Source of the DNA: an uncultured Bacilli bacterium
Lineage (GTDB): Bacteria; Bacillota_I; Bacilli_A; RF39; UBA660
Assembly (NCBI GenBank): GCA_944355355.1
Contig: CALVQE010000002.1
Location: 704-64,703, forward strand
Direction: 5' to 3'
Length of the DNA stretch: 64,000 nt
Position 1 is the stretch's first letter. The number at the start of each line of letters is the position of its first letter. The position numbers and the translations under genes are program-made. Shown piece by piece: positions 25,020 to 34,870 of the stretch. Below the pieces are notes generated by a model. That model saw only the letters and a list, made by a program, of their open reading frames with translations, was not told the origin of the DNA and made no database searches.

Positions 25020-25430
25020 ATGAGAAACAGAAGATTTTTTCAAACATTTTTTTTGGCAACAGCTATCTCCATCATTTTAGGAGTTGCTGTTGTTGCAGCC
25101 GAAGAAGTTTATGAATTTGGCGCAGTTGCAAAATTTCAGCAATATTTTGAAACAATCGACCGTACGAAAACAACCGAGAGTATACAAAGATTTGGAGTTT
25201 CAAATGTATTTACGAGTATAACTAACCCTTGCAATGATTGTATGATTGGTGCAAAACTTAAAAGTGGTCAAAATGTAGACAGTGGTATCACTGTTAAAAA
25301 TGGGGAAACATCAGATTTTTGGCATAATTGGACGATCTTACCAGGAACTTATAAATTGTTATGGACTAGAATGGACTTTAGTCCTTTAAACGCAAACTTT
25401 AGAGGTCATTGGTATTATAATTTGCCATAA
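25020..25430 (+). CDS. Small secreted protein (signal peptide), unknown function
   Basis: RBS gaggag. MRNRRFFQTFFLATAISIILGVAVVAA looks like a signal peptide. Upstream extended -10, tgctataat. Confidence 0.6.
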   Translation: MRNRRFFQTFFLATAISIILGVAVVAAEEVYEFGAVAKFQQYFETIDRTKTTESIQRFGVSNVFTSITNPCNDCMIGAKLKSGQNVDSGITVKNGETSDFWHNWTILPGTYKLLWTRMDFSPLNANFRGHWYYNLP

Positions 25431-25498
25431 GTTTTATTAATTTAATTAAAAATATTCTTTACTTCTCTTTCTTATTATTGTATAGAAATGGTGGTTTT

Positions 25499-26422
25499 AT
25501 GAGTAAAAAGTTGAAAGAAAATCTTATTATTGTTATTGCGATTGTTTTGGGTGTAATATACATAGCTGTTCCTGTTTTTGAAAGTGCAAGAAATCAAAAA
25601 AACAGTAGTCAGTTGTCCTTAGAAACTCAAAAAATGTGTCAGCAAGTTCTTGACGACGGTACAGCTTCGGAAAGTCTAAAAAAAATCTGCCCCGATATTA
25701 TAAACCAAAAAATTTATGATCCTGATTTTTATTCTGTTTTAGCTGACGTGAATGCTTTTGATATAAAAAATCTAATTATTGTGATTAGTATACTTATTTT
25801 TATTACAGCAGCCTATAATTGTCATGGCTATTTAAAGCAAAAAGCTATTACAAATTATTTAAGCCGAGAAAGTTACTACAAGTTCTTAAAACGTTTTTTT
25901 AAAACTGCTTACAAGAGCATTTGGATTATGGGTGGAGTTACATTAATTTTGCTTGTTTTGTGCATTGCTAATACAACGATGGATCCTTCGTTTTCATTAG
26001 AACAGGCTGGGTTAGTAACTTGGCCGTCGGAACTACTTAAACAGCCTATTTTATTTTGCGGTCTTTACTTATTAAATACTATACTTCATGCGATATTTTA
26101 TGTAAATCTATATTTGATTGTTGTCCGCTATGTTCCTTCATTCTTTAAAAGTATTATTCTAAGTTTCATTTTCTTGATTGGCGGAGAAATATTCATTGAA
26201 GGCATTTTATCTGATGTGATTCTCCAAGGCATCTTTGGTATTGAATATAATACTTTATTGAACGTTATGAATGTATTCCGGTTTAATACAACTTATGGAA
26301 TTGGTCCTTTGTTTTTGTCTGTTGGGGGTGTTGCTGCAATATCGTCGATTGTGGTGTTCTTAGTTTATAAAGATAAAGAAAAATTGATTTTTACTTGCGA
26401 TAAGAATGGTGGAAGGGAGTAA
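25499..26422 (+). CDS. Multi-pass membrane protein (ABC-2-type permease-like)
   Basis: N-terminal TM, an extracytoplasmic segment, then five or more TM helices. Immediately upstream of the ABC ATPase. Confidence 0.55.
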   Translation: MSKKLKENLIIVIAIVLGVIYIAVPVFESARNQKNSSQLSLETQKMCQQVLDDGTASESLKKICPDIINQKIYDPDFYSVLADVNAFDIKNLIIVISILIFITAAYNCHGYLKQKAITNYLSRESYYKFLKRFFKTAYKSIWIMGGVTLILLVLCIANTTMDPSFSLEQAGLVTWPSELLKQPILFCGLYLLNTILHAIFYVNLYLIVVRYVPSFFKSIILSFIFLIGGEIFIEGILSDVILQGIFGIEYNTLLNVMNVFRFNTTYGIGPLFLSVGGVAAISSIVVFLVYKDKEKLIFTCDKNGGRE

Positions 26423-26427
26423 TTTTT

Positions 26428-27078
26428 ATGGAAATTATCATTCGAAATGTATCTAAACGATTTAAACAAAACACTATTTTGGAAGATGTTAATTTAACTT
26501 TGATTGATGGACATATTTATGGTTTTTACGGAAGAAACGGTTCAGGAAAATCTGTTCTATTAAAAATGATTTGTGATCTTTATCGTCCAAATGCAGGTGA
26601 AATTTTATTTGATGGAAAAAATTATGCTTCAGTCACCAAGATGGTTCCTGAGTTACGTGCTTTGATAGAGAAACCTAATTTTTTCCCTGATTTAAGTGGT
26701 ATGGAAAACTTGCGTTTACTGGCAAAGGTTCAAAATAAAATTTCCGATAAAGAAATAGAAGAAGCATTAAAACAAGTAAACCTTTATGAAGAGAGAAATA
26801 AAAGATTTGGAATATATTCTCTTGGGATGAAACAAAAGTTAGGTATTGCTCAAGTTATTATGGAAAACCCCAAAATCATGATCTTAGATGAGCCATTTAA
26901 TGGTGTTGAGGAAGAGACAGTTAAGAAAATTAAGGCATATCTTTTAGAAGAAAAGAAAAAAGGAAAAATCATTCTTTTTTCAACTCATATTTTGGAAGAT
27001 TTAACAAGTATGTCTGATGAAATTTATTATTTTGATAACAAAAAAGTGACTAGAATGGAAAGCTCTAATGCTTTATAA
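26428..27078 (+). CDS. ABC transporter ATP-binding protein
   Basis: Walker A GRNGSGKS. Degenerate signature YSLGMKQK. Walker B ILDEPFNG. Confidence 0.85.
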   Translation: MEIIIRNVSKRFKQNTILEDVNLTLIDGHIYGFYGRNGSGKSVLLKMICDLYRPNAGEILFDGKNYASVTKMVPELRALIEKPNFFPDLSGMENLRLLAKVQNKISDKEIEEALKQVNLYEERNKRFGIYSLGMKQKLGIAQVIMENPKIMILDEPFNGVEEETVKKIKAYLLEEKKKGKIILFSTHILEDLTSMSDEIYYFDNKKVTRMESSNAL

Positions 27079-27796
27079 CGAACTTTTTTCTGCATTTATT
27101 AATAGAAAAAAATTTCGGTTGTATTTTATTCCACTGACTATTGGTTTTTTAGGAGGGTTTCTTTCCGCAACTTTGGTGCCTCATTTTTATGTGAAATTAT
27201 TATCCATTTTTCGTTATAATTTACTCATATGGGCCTATTTTATTACTTTAGTATGGGCTGTATATGATTTGATTAAAATGCTGTTTGATCCAATGGTTTA
27301 TGTTCGATTAAGTTCATTAGACAATTTATGTGCTTTTTTAAAACATTCTATATGGAAATTATCATTAATTTTTTTGGCTTTTCTTCTTATTATATCTACT
27401 TGCACAGTTGCGATGCTATATGCCGATATTTTTGATTTCGAACTTAGTTACAATGGTATTCCTTTTGCCCTTTATATAGTATTATATTGCTTAAAAATGT
27501 ATTTTATTATAACTTTTTTAGCTCAGATTATTTGCGTCACTTTTTTGTTTTCACAGAAAAAAATTATGTTCTTGGGACCAGTTTTTGTTCTTTGCTTATT
27601 AAATAATAATGTTCCAAATTCTATTTCCGAGTTTTCTTTCTCCTTATTTTTGCCTAAATATTATTTAAGTGCTTCCAACTACTTTTCCGTTCCCTTTGAA
27701 ATTTCTGTATCTGTTGCCCAAATTTTCTTTTTAGGATGTTTGTTTATTATATTTCAGAAATTTTATTTTCATTTTTTTCGAGAAAGAAGGGTTTGA
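27068..27796 (+). CDS. Multi-pass membrane protein
   Basis: Highly hydrophobic. Overlaps the ATPase stop. Confidence 0.55.
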   Translation: MLYNELFSAFINRKKFRLYFIPLTIGFLGGFLSATLVPHFYVKLLSIFRYNLLIWAYFITLVWAVYDLIKMLFDPMVYVRLSSLDNLCAFLKHSIWKLSLIFLAFLLIISTCTVAMLYADIFDFELSYNGIPFALYIVLYCLKMYFIITFLAQIICVTFLFSQKKIMFLGPVFVLCLLNNNVPNSISEFSFSLFLPKYYLSASNYFSVPFEISVSVAQIFFLGCLFIIFQKFYFHFFRERRV

Positions 27797-27799
27797 TTT

Positions 27800-28282
27800 A
27801 TGTTATATCAAATGAAATGCCTTAAACACGTGTTAAAAAGCAAATTGTTCATTCTATTTATCTTGTTTTATATATTTTTCGTTTATTACTATTCTATTTC
27901 TGTATCAGAAGAATCGTTTTTCTCTGTTTTAGGGCTTATACATCTTTTAGACCATGACTATTTAATATTTTTATGGTATGTCTTTCAAGGAATGATTCTG
28001 GTGTATTTTCTTTATAAATATTTACATTTTGAATTGGTTCATTCCCCAGAAATGCTCTTTACTAGAACAACTAGATTAAAATTATATTTAATGAAAATAG
28101 TAATAGCAGTATTTCTTTTTACAATCTATCGAGGAATAATTTATTTTTTAACCATTTTCTTATTAAAAAATTTTTTTCATGTTTCTTACTTTAGCTGGGA
28201 GACTTTCATTCAGAATTTCATTCACTATTTTGTCTATTTTGGAATAGCTTTATGCGTTTGGTTCATCAAAATGTTTTTTTAA
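27800..28282 (+). CDS. Multi-pass membrane protein
   Basis: Highly hydrophobic. 3-nt gap to the previous gene. Confidence 0.5.
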   Translation: MLYQMKCLKHVLKSKLFILFILFYIFFVYYYSISVSEESFFSVLGLIHLLDHDYLIFLWYVFQGMILVYFLYKYLHFELVHSPEMLFTRTTRLKLYLMKIVIAVFLFTIYRGIIYFLTIFLLKNFFHVSYFSWETFIQNFIHYFVYFGIALCVWFIKMFF

Positions 28283-28579
28283 AAAAATAAGTACATCTTT
28301 GAGACAGGACTACCGCAAAATCCCTGGCTGGTAGTTCACATGGCCGTGAACAATATTATGAGTCAAGATTTTAAAACTTTAACAAACTGGATTAACAATT
28401 GACGAACAAAATCTTTAGGAAACAACTAGGGTAGACTATGTTAATATATCAGCTCAAAGTCAAATATTTAAACATAAATTAAAATGAAACTGTAATATTA
28501 AACATTGTTATTGTTTTAATTTCTTTGTGTTTTTAGAAAATTTATTGTATACTAGTTCTAGAATAGAGAGGGTTAGAGA

Positions 28580-30949
28580 ATGAAAAAAGTAGCTTTAAAC
28601 GAAGAAGAGTTAAAAAAAATTGATGGGTATTTTCGTGCGACGAATTATATTTCAGCAGCAGCCCTATATTTAAAAGATAATCCATTATTAAAAAGGCCTT
28701 TATCTTTTGATGATATTAAATCAAAATTAGTTGGCCATTGGGGAAGTGCGCCTGGTCAAAATTTTGTCTATGCGCATTGCAATCGTGTGATCGATAAATA
28801 CCATTTAAATATGCTATGGATAAGCGGACCTGGACATGCTGGTCAAGCAACAATGAGTAATGTTTATTTAGAGGGAAGTTATACAGAAAAGTATCCCGAG
28901 TTTACTCAAGATGAAGAGGGATTACGCAAATTTTTAAAACACTTTAGTTTTCCAGGTGGTACTTCAAGTCATGTTGCTCCTGAAGTTCCTGGAAGTATAA
29001 ATGAAGGTGGTGAACTAGGCTATAGTTTAGCCCATGCCTTTGGTGCCGTCCTAGATAATCCTAACTTAATTGCCACGGTAATTGTTGGCGATGGTGAAGC
29101 AGAAACCGGTCCCTTAGCCACATCATGGCATGGCAACAAGTTTCTAAATGCTAAAACTGATGGAGTAGTTTTACCCATTCTTCATTTAAATGGATATAAA
29201 ATCGCCAATCCATCTTTGTTTGCTCGTATTAGTAATGACGAACTAAAAAGCTTTTTCAGCGGATGTGGATGGGCACCATACATTGTAGAAGGCGATGATC
29301 CAATAAAGATGCATGAATTAATGGCTGAGACAATGGATACAGTGGTTGAACGTATTTTAGAAATCCAAACCCAAGCAAGAGAACAAAATGTATCTTCTAG
29401 ACCAATCTGGCCTATGATTATTTTAAAAACTCCAAAAGGATGGACTGGACCAAAAGAAATTGATGGCAAAAAAATTGAAGGAAGCTTTCGATCTCATCAA
29501 GTACCAATTGAAGTGACAAAAGAACATCCAGAAAGTTTAAAACGTTTAGAAGATTGGCTTAAAAGTTACCATCCAGAAGAATTATTCGATGAAAATGGTA
29601 CCTTAAAACAAGAATATCAAATAATTCCTGAAAAGTCTTTACGGATGGGTTCAAATGAAGTGGCTAACGGAGGCAAACTTTTAAAAGAACTAACTTTACC
29701 AGATGTCATGAACTTTGGTGTAAAAGTTGGCTATCCTGGATCAGTCAAAAAAGAAGATATGCGTGTACTAGGCGAATATTTAAGAGAAGTTGTTGCCTTA
29801 AACAAGAAAAACTATAACTTCCGCATTTTTGGACCAGACGAAGCCCTATCTAATCGTCTTCATGCCGTATTTGAAGTAACTAGTCGTCAATTTGAAGGTA
29901 AAAAATATAAAGATGATGAATACTTAAATAACGCGGGAAGAATAATTGATAGTTTTTTATCAGAACATATGTGTGAAGGGATGTTAGAAGGATATCTCTT
30001 AACAGGAAGACATGGCCTTTTTCATAGTTATGAATCGTTTATTCGGATCGTTGATTCCATGGTAAGTCAACATGCAAAATGGCTTAAAGTATCCAATGAA
30101 CTTTCATGGCGTGAACCAATTTCTTCCTTAAATCTTTTAGTAACAAGTCATTGTTGGCAACAAGATCATAATGGCTACACTCACCAAGACCCAGGAATGA
30201 TTAATCATCTATTAACAAAAAAATCAAGCATTTCTCGTATTTATCTGCCTTGTGATAGTAATACGTTAATATCTGTAGTAGACCATTGTTTACAAACCAA
30301 AAACTACATCAATCTTATTGTAGCAAGCAAACACCCAAGACCACAATGGCTCAGTATGAAACAAGCAATCCGTCATTGTGAGAAAGGACTAGGAATATGG
30401 GGCTTTGCAAGTAATGATTTAGATAATAATCCAGACTTAGTTTTTGCTTGTGCCGGAGATACACCTACACTTGAAGTCATGGCTGCTACAAGTATACTCC
30501 GAACTTGGCTTCCTAATTTAAAAGTAAGAGTCGTAAATATAGTTGATCTAATGAAATTAGAATCACACGACGTTCATCCTCATGGTCTTACTGATCAAGA
30601 ATATGATGCTATTTTTACCAAAAATAAGCCAATTGTCTTTGCTTTCCATGGCTATCCAAATGTCATTCATGAACTAACCTATAAAAGAACAAACCAAAAT
30701 CTTCATGTCCGTGGCTACATCGAAGAAGGAACGATTACAACTCCATTTGATATGCGTGTTCAAAACAAATTAGATCGCTTCCATTTAATTTTACTTGCTT
30801 TAAAACATTTGCCTCAATTTGATAGTTATAAATTACAACAATACTGTGAAGACATGTTAAAAAAACACCATGCATATATTGTCGAACATGGTGTGGACAT
30901 GGAAGAGATTGAAAATTGGCAATGGGATTTAGAAAAGCAAAATCCCTGA
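28580..30949 (+). CDS. xfp: Xylulose-5-phosphate/fructose-6-phosphate phosphoketolase
   Basis: 789 aa. GHWGSAPGQNF, EGGELGY and GDGEAETGPLA are characteristic phosphoketolase motifs. Confidence 0.9.
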   Translation: MKKVALNEEELKKIDGYFRATNYISAAALYLKDNPLLKRPLSFDDIKSKLVGHWGSAPGQNFVYAHCNRVIDKYHLNMLWISGPGHAGQATMSNVYLEGSYTEKYPEFTQDEEGLRKFLKHFSFPGGTSSHVAPEVPGSINEGGELGYSLAHAFGAVLDNPNLIATVIVGDGEAETGPLATSWHGNKFLNAKTDGVVLPILHLNGYKIANPSLFARISNDELKSFFSGCGWAPYIVEGDDPIKMHELMAETMDTVVERILEIQTQAREQNVSSRPIWPMIILKTPKGWTGPKEIDGKKIEGSFRSHQVPIEVTKEHPESLKRLEDWLKSYHPEELFDENGTLKQEYQIIPEKSLRMGSNEVANGGKLLKELTLPDVMNFGVKVGYPGSVKKEDMRVLGEYLREVVALNKKNYNFRIFGPDEALSNRLHAVFEVTSRQFEGKKYKDDEYLNNAGRIIDSFLSEHMCEGMLEGYLLTGRHGLFHSYESFIRIVDSMVSQHAKWLKVSNELSWREPISSLNLLVTSHCWQQDHNGYTHQDPGMINHLLTKKSSISRIYLPCDSNTLISVVDHCLQTKNYINLIVASKHPRPQWLSMKQAIRHCEKGLGIWGFASNDLDNNPDLVFACAGDTPTLEVMAATSILRTWLPNLKVRVVNIVDLMKLESHDVHPHGLTDQEYDAIFTKNKPIVFAFHGYPNVIHELTYKRTNQNLHVRGYIEEGTITTPFDMRVQNKLDRFHLILLALKHLPQFDSYKLQQYCEDMLKKHHAYIVEHGVDMEEIENWQWDLEKQNP

Positions 30950-30964
30950 AAAATAAATTTTTTG

Positions 30965-30988
30965 AGATACCCTAAGGTATCTTTTTTT
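30965..30988 (+). terminator. Rho-independent terminator
   Basis: agatacc ctaa ggtatct followed by a T7 run. Confidence 0.7.
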
Positions 30989-31228
30989 ACAGAACAAAAA
31001 GGAATTCATAGAAAATAAATTTTCTATTCTTCCTTTGGCGTACCTCGCGGTACTCCATTTCTCTTTTTATAAAGACCATATTCGTGATGTGTCGCCCCGT
31101 ACTTTTTTATTTAATTGTTATTATGCTAGACTTAACTCTTTTAATCCCTCTTCTAAAACGTTTCTACTAGCATTGTAATTTCACCAGTTGAATTCTACAT
31201 ACAGGACATTCATACTTTCTTATTGAAC

Positions 31229-31253
31229 AAAAAAGTTCACATCAAACGTGAAC
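31229..31253 (-). terminator. Rho-independent terminator of lexA
   Basis: On the minus strand: gttcac gtttgat gtgaac followed by a T6 run. Confidence 0.6.
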
Positions 31254-31258
31254 AATTT

Positions 31259-31885
31259 TTAAAACTTTCGAAATAATCCAATGGCTTTACCTAAAATAGT
31301 GACATTTGGAAAAATAAAAGGTTGCATAGTATCATTTTCTGGCTGTAAACGAATATGATCTTTTTCTTTATAAAAAGTTTTTAAAGTGACTTCATTTTCA
31401 TCAGTCATTGCCACCACAATATCACCATTAGAAGCTGTATTTTGTCTTTCAACAATAACATAATCCCCATCATAAATTCCTTTATTAATCATCGATTCAC
31501 CACTAACTTCAAGAGTAAAAATGGTTTTATTTAAAGGAACCAAGTCTGCAGGTAAAGAAAAGAATTCATTAGGTCTTTCAATAGCCTCAATAGGATTACC
31601 AGCCGTTATTTTTCCAAGTAATGGTACTTTAATTAAATCCTCATTTTGACTAGCATATTCATTATCAACTAAAAGTTCAATTGTCCGAAACTTATTACTA
31701 GAATTTTTAATGACACCAGCATCTTTTAAATGATTTAAATGAGCTTGAACAGTAGCCGGACTAGATAAACCTAATTCTTGACATATTTCACGTACAGAAG
31801 GAGGAAACCCATGCTCAGCCATATAACGCTTAATACAATCTAAAACCATTTCCTGCTTTTTTGTTAGCTTTTTTTCTTCTTTCAT
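31259..31885 (-). CDS. lexA: LexA repressor
   Basis: Start moved to MKEEKKLTKKQEMVLDCI (RBS ggag). wHTH segment PSVREICQELGLSSPATVQAHL. S24 peptidase core with VSGESM and the Lys in VTLKTF. Confidence 0.9.
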   Translation of the reverse strand: MKEEKKLTKKQEMVLDCIKRYMAEHGFPPSVREICQELGLSSPATVQAHLNHLKDAGVIKNSSNKFRTIELLVDNEYASQNEDLIKVPLLGKITAGNPIEAIERPNEFFSLPADLVPLNKTIFTLEVSGESMINKGIYDGDYVIVERQNTASNGDIVVAMTDENEVTLKTFYKEKDHIRLQPENDTMQPFIFPNVTILGKAIGLFRKF

Positions 31886-31907
31886 CTCTTTTTCAACTCC
31901 TATCACA

Positions 31908-31946
31908 ATCTTACCATAGTTATTCCAAACTGTCAAACAATTGTTT
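31908..31946 (-). promoter_or_regulatory. lexA promoter with an overlapping palindromic operator candidate
   Basis: On the minus strand: ttgaca (31936-31931), 17-nt spacer, taagat (31913-31908). The perfect palindrome aaacaattgttt (31935-31946) abuts and overlaps the -35. Confidence 0.5.
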
Positions 31947-32018
31947 AGTTTTTTTTGCGCATTTACATTTTTGGTATAAATAACCAATATCCCTTCATAA
32001 TAAAAATGGAGGAAAATT

Positions 32019-32456
32019 ATGAATAAAGAAGAATATCAAAAATTAGTGGATGAATTTACCCCAAAAGAAAAGAAACTGAAAAATGCTATAGTAGCCTTTG
32101 TCGTCGGAGGACTGGTAGGTTTTCTAGGACAAGTCTTTGTAACCATTCTGCAAAACAGTTTTGGAGTTGAAGTAACAGAGTCGTATGTGTGGTTATGTAT
32201 AACAATTATATTTATTGCAAGCCTATTTACAGCTTTAGGCTTCTTTGATAACTGGGTCAGTAAATGTAAAGCAGGACTTTTCTTGCCAACAACTGGTTTT
32301 GCTCATTCTGTAACGAGTTCAGCTCTAGACTATCGTCGTGATGGCTTAATTACCGGTCTGGGATCAAACTTTTTCAAATTAGCAGGAAGCGTTCTATTAT
32401 ATGGAATGATTAGTGGCTTTTTCTTTGCGGTTTTAGGAGTGATTATTTATGGCTAG
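32019..32456 (+). CDS. spoVAC: Stage V sporulation protein AC
   Basis: Four-TM protein with the typical N-terminus ...FTPKEKKLKNAIVAFVVGGLVGFLGQ. Followed by spoVAD and spoVAE. Confidence 0.85.
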   Translation: MNKEEYQKLVDEFTPKEKKLKNAIVAFVVGGLVGFLGQVFVTILQNSFGVEVTESYVWLCITIIFIASLFTALGFFDNWVSKCKAGLFLPTTGFAHSVTSSALDYRRDGLITGLGSNFFKLAGSVLLYGMISGFFFAVLGVIIYG

Positions 32457-33429
32457 TAAAAAACTAAATAGTGTATATATCAAAGATGCTTTTAGCATTG
32501 CTGGACCAGTAGAAAAAGAGGGGAGTATTAAAGACTATGATTTGGTCATGGACGATTATTACTATCGTGCGAAAACCTTTGAACAAGCAGAAATTCGTAT
32601 GCAAAGAGTAGTTATCGATAATCTTCTCAGAAAAAATCATCTACTTCATAGCGATATTGATTTACTAGTCAGTGGCGATTTATCAAATCAAATTAGTGTT
32701 TCTTGCTATGCCGCGAGCAACTATAACATTCCGTTTTTAGGCGTTTATTCCGCTTGTGCCTCATTCGTTGAAGGTCTAATATTAGCTAGCGAACTTATTG
32801 AAACACGAAGAAAAGCAAATGCCGTCTGTGTAACATCATCACATAACTTAGCTGCTGAAAAACAATTTCGTTTTCCAATCGAGTATGGCGCTCCAAAGCC
32901 AAAAACTACAACCTTTACAGCCACAGGTAGTGTCGCCGTTTTATTAACAAAAGATAAAACTGACTTGCGACTTGAAAGCTACACGATTGGCTCCGTAATT
33001 GACATGGGAATGATGGACGCTTCGCATATGGGTGCCGTGATGGCTCCAGCCGCCGCCAAAGTAATAACAAATCATTTACAAGAATTAAATCGCAGTATTG
33101 ACTACTATGATATGATTCTAACCGGTGATTTAGGTTGCATCGGTTCCAAAATATTAAAAGAATATATGAAAAGGAGTTATGGAATCAAAATGAGTAACCA
33201 TATAGATGCAGGATGTGAACTTTATTTGAAAAGTCAAGAAGAAACCTTTGCAGGTGCCAGTGGTCCAGTTGCCTTACCATTATATTTATTTAATAAAATT
33301 TTAAAACAAAAAAAGCCTAAAAAAATCTTGCTCATTGGTACAGGATCTTTACATAACCCGTTTTTGGTCAATCAGAAACTATCTATTCCTGCCATTGCGC
33401 ATGCAATTAGTTTGGAGGTGGTAGCATGA
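32449..33429 (+). CDS. spoVAD: Stage V sporulation protein AD
   Basis: Thiolase-fold-like, 326 aa, in the conserved spoVAC-AD-AE order. Confidence 0.85.
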   Translation: MASKKLNSVYIKDAFSIAGPVEKEGSIKDYDLVMDDYYYRAKTFEQAEIRMQRVVIDNLLRKNHLLHSDIDLLVSGDLSNQISVSCYAASNYNIPFLGVYSACASFVEGLILASELIETRRKANAVCVTSSHNLAAEKQFRFPIEYGAPKPKTTTFTATGSVAVLLTKDKTDLRLESYTIGSVIDMGMMDASHMGAVMAPAAAKVITNHLQELNRSIDYYDMILTGDLGCIGSKILKEYMKRSYGIKMSNHIDAGCELYLKSQEETFAGASGPVALPLYLFNKILKQKKPKKILLIGTGSLHNPFLVNQKLSIPAIAHAISLEVVA

Positions 33430-33776
33430 TCTTTCTAAATGCCTTTTTACTTTCTGGCGCATTTTGTCTAGTTGCTCAAATTATTTTAGATAACACCAAA
33501 ATGACTCCAGGTCACATTACATCCATCTTTACAGTTCTAGGAGCGTTACTTTCCTTTTTAGGTATCTATCCGAAGTTAATAGAGTGGGGTGGCGCTGGCG
33601 CGACCGCACAAATCTCTAATTTTGGCAATATGCTTTATTTAGGAGCTCTAGAAGGATACAAAGAGATGGGAGTTTTAGGACTTGTATCTGGCTTACTATC
33701 TAAAAGTTCAGCCGCCATTGCCAGTGCCGTAATCATTGCCTTTGTCCTATCTTTTATCTTCAAACCAAAAAATTAA
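33426..33776 (+). CDS. spoVAEB: Stage V sporulation protein AE (AEB-type)
   Basis: 116-aa three-to-four-TM protein following spoVAD. ATGA overlap. Confidence 0.8.
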   Translation: MIFLNAFLLSGAFCLVAQIILDNTKMTPGHITSIFTVLGALLSFLGIYPKLIEWGGAGATAQISNFGNMLYLGALEGYKEMGVLGLVSGLLSKSSAAIASAVIIAFVLSFIFKPKN

Positions 33777-33797
33777 GATCAGAAATGATCTTTTTTC
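33775..33797 (+). terminator. Rho-independent terminator
   Basis: aagatca gaaa tgatctt followed by a T-run. Confidence 0.6.
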
Positions 33798-33840
33798 TTT
33801 TTTTCAGCCCCAATCTTTGTTATAATAAATATGTTAAAGG

Positions 33841-34812
33841 GTGATGACTATGTCGAAAAGAAAGAAAAAGGAACCTGTTGTTATCGATAAAACACCGTTA
33901 ATGCCTACAACGGTAGGAAATTTAGAGACAAAAGAAAATGGGCCCATTGTCGCGATTATCTGGATATTTTTATTTGTGGCATGTATCATTGGACTTCCTT
34001 ATATAACGGACTTTGTTACGGAATTACAAAATCCAACCCCAACACCAAGTCCAAATCCACCATCTTCTGGAGGAGATTCACCTGTAACTCCACCATCTAC
34101 CGATAATGATGAATCAACTTACTATGATCTTTTGCCAACAACCGTAATAAATCTAGAAGCTTATCAAGTTAGTAATATAGCAATAAACGGTAGTAATTTG
34201 ACATTAACCATAACAAACATTAATGATTCTGGATCAATGTTTTTAGAAAATGATTACTACATCGAGCTTTATGATGATGACTTAACGCTTTTACAACGGA
34301 TTAAAATGGCAAATACAACGATCTCAGCAAGCCAAACATTCTCATACAACGTTGCACAAGCTATCCAAGAAGGAGTTCCAACAAAAATTATAATAGTTGA
34401 AAAAGCCGAACAAGATTATCCTCCAGTTTCTTTGGTTTTAAATGACGAAGACTTACCAATACTAACTTGCACCAAAACAAACGAGACCATAGAATACGTT
34501 TTCAAAAGTGAGACAGAATATAACCTTCAAAGCTTGACTAGAACTTATTCTTATGACAGCACAAATGCTGACTACAATGACGTTCTTACGCAGTACACCA
34601 CCTTAAGTGCAACATATAATAATATTGCTGGTGTAGAGTCCGCATTAACACCAACTGCAACAGGATTTACCTTTACAACAGAGATCGATTTAAATAGAAT
34701 ACCGGTTGGAACATATAACACGACTTTTACAGACACAATTTACTACCCATTAGATACTGAAGCACGCGTGATTGCTTTTGAACTAGAAACATCAGGTTAT
34801 ACTTGTAATTAG
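33841..34812 (+). CDS. Membrane-anchored extracytoplasmic protein with a Pro-rich linker
   Basis: TM helix IVAIIWIFLFVACIIGLPYI, then PTPTPSPNPPSSGGDSPVTPPS, then a beta-rich domain. The start is ambiguous (GTG 33841, ATG 33844 or ATG 33850). Confidence 0.55.
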   Translation: MMTMSKRKKKEPVVIDKTPLMPTTVGNLETKENGPIVAIIWIFLFVACIIGLPYITDFVTELQNPTPTPSPNPPSSGGDSPVTPPSTDNDESTYYDLLPTTVINLEAYQVSNIAINGSNLTLTITNINDSGSMFLENDYYIELYDDDLTLLQRIKMANTTISASQTFSYNVAQAIQEGVPTKIIIVEKAEQDYPPVSLVLNDEDLPILTCTKTNETIEYVFKSETEYNLQSLTRTYSYDSTNADYNDVLTQYTTLSATYNNIAGVESALTPTATGFTFTTEIDLNRIPVGTYNTTFTDTIYYPLDTEARVIAFELETSGYTCN

Positions 34813-34834
34813 GTCATTTTGACCTTTTTCTTTT
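34811..34834 (+). terminator. Rho-independent terminator
   Basis: aggtc atttt gacct followed by a T-run. Confidence 0.5.
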
Positions 34835-34870
34835 GGCGCTTTTTGTGTATAATAAAAAAGGGTGGGAGTT

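Noticed and set aside
28283-28579. A relatively GC-rich segment with two small hairpins (ctacc...ggtag at about 28311-28335, gttcac atggcc gtgaac at about 28336-28353), considered as a possible riboswitch or ncRNA upstream of xfp.
   Set aside because: I could recognise no riboswitch consensus. There is no promoter/terminator pair. It may be the right-end debris of the ABC islet. The evidence is not enough to call a feature.
30990-31228. A 240-bp non-coding stretch between xfp and lexA containing gtacctcgcggtac and other short palindromes.
   Set aside because: It has no convincing ORF, promoter/terminator pair or known RNA motif. It is probably just the spacer between two convergent terminators.
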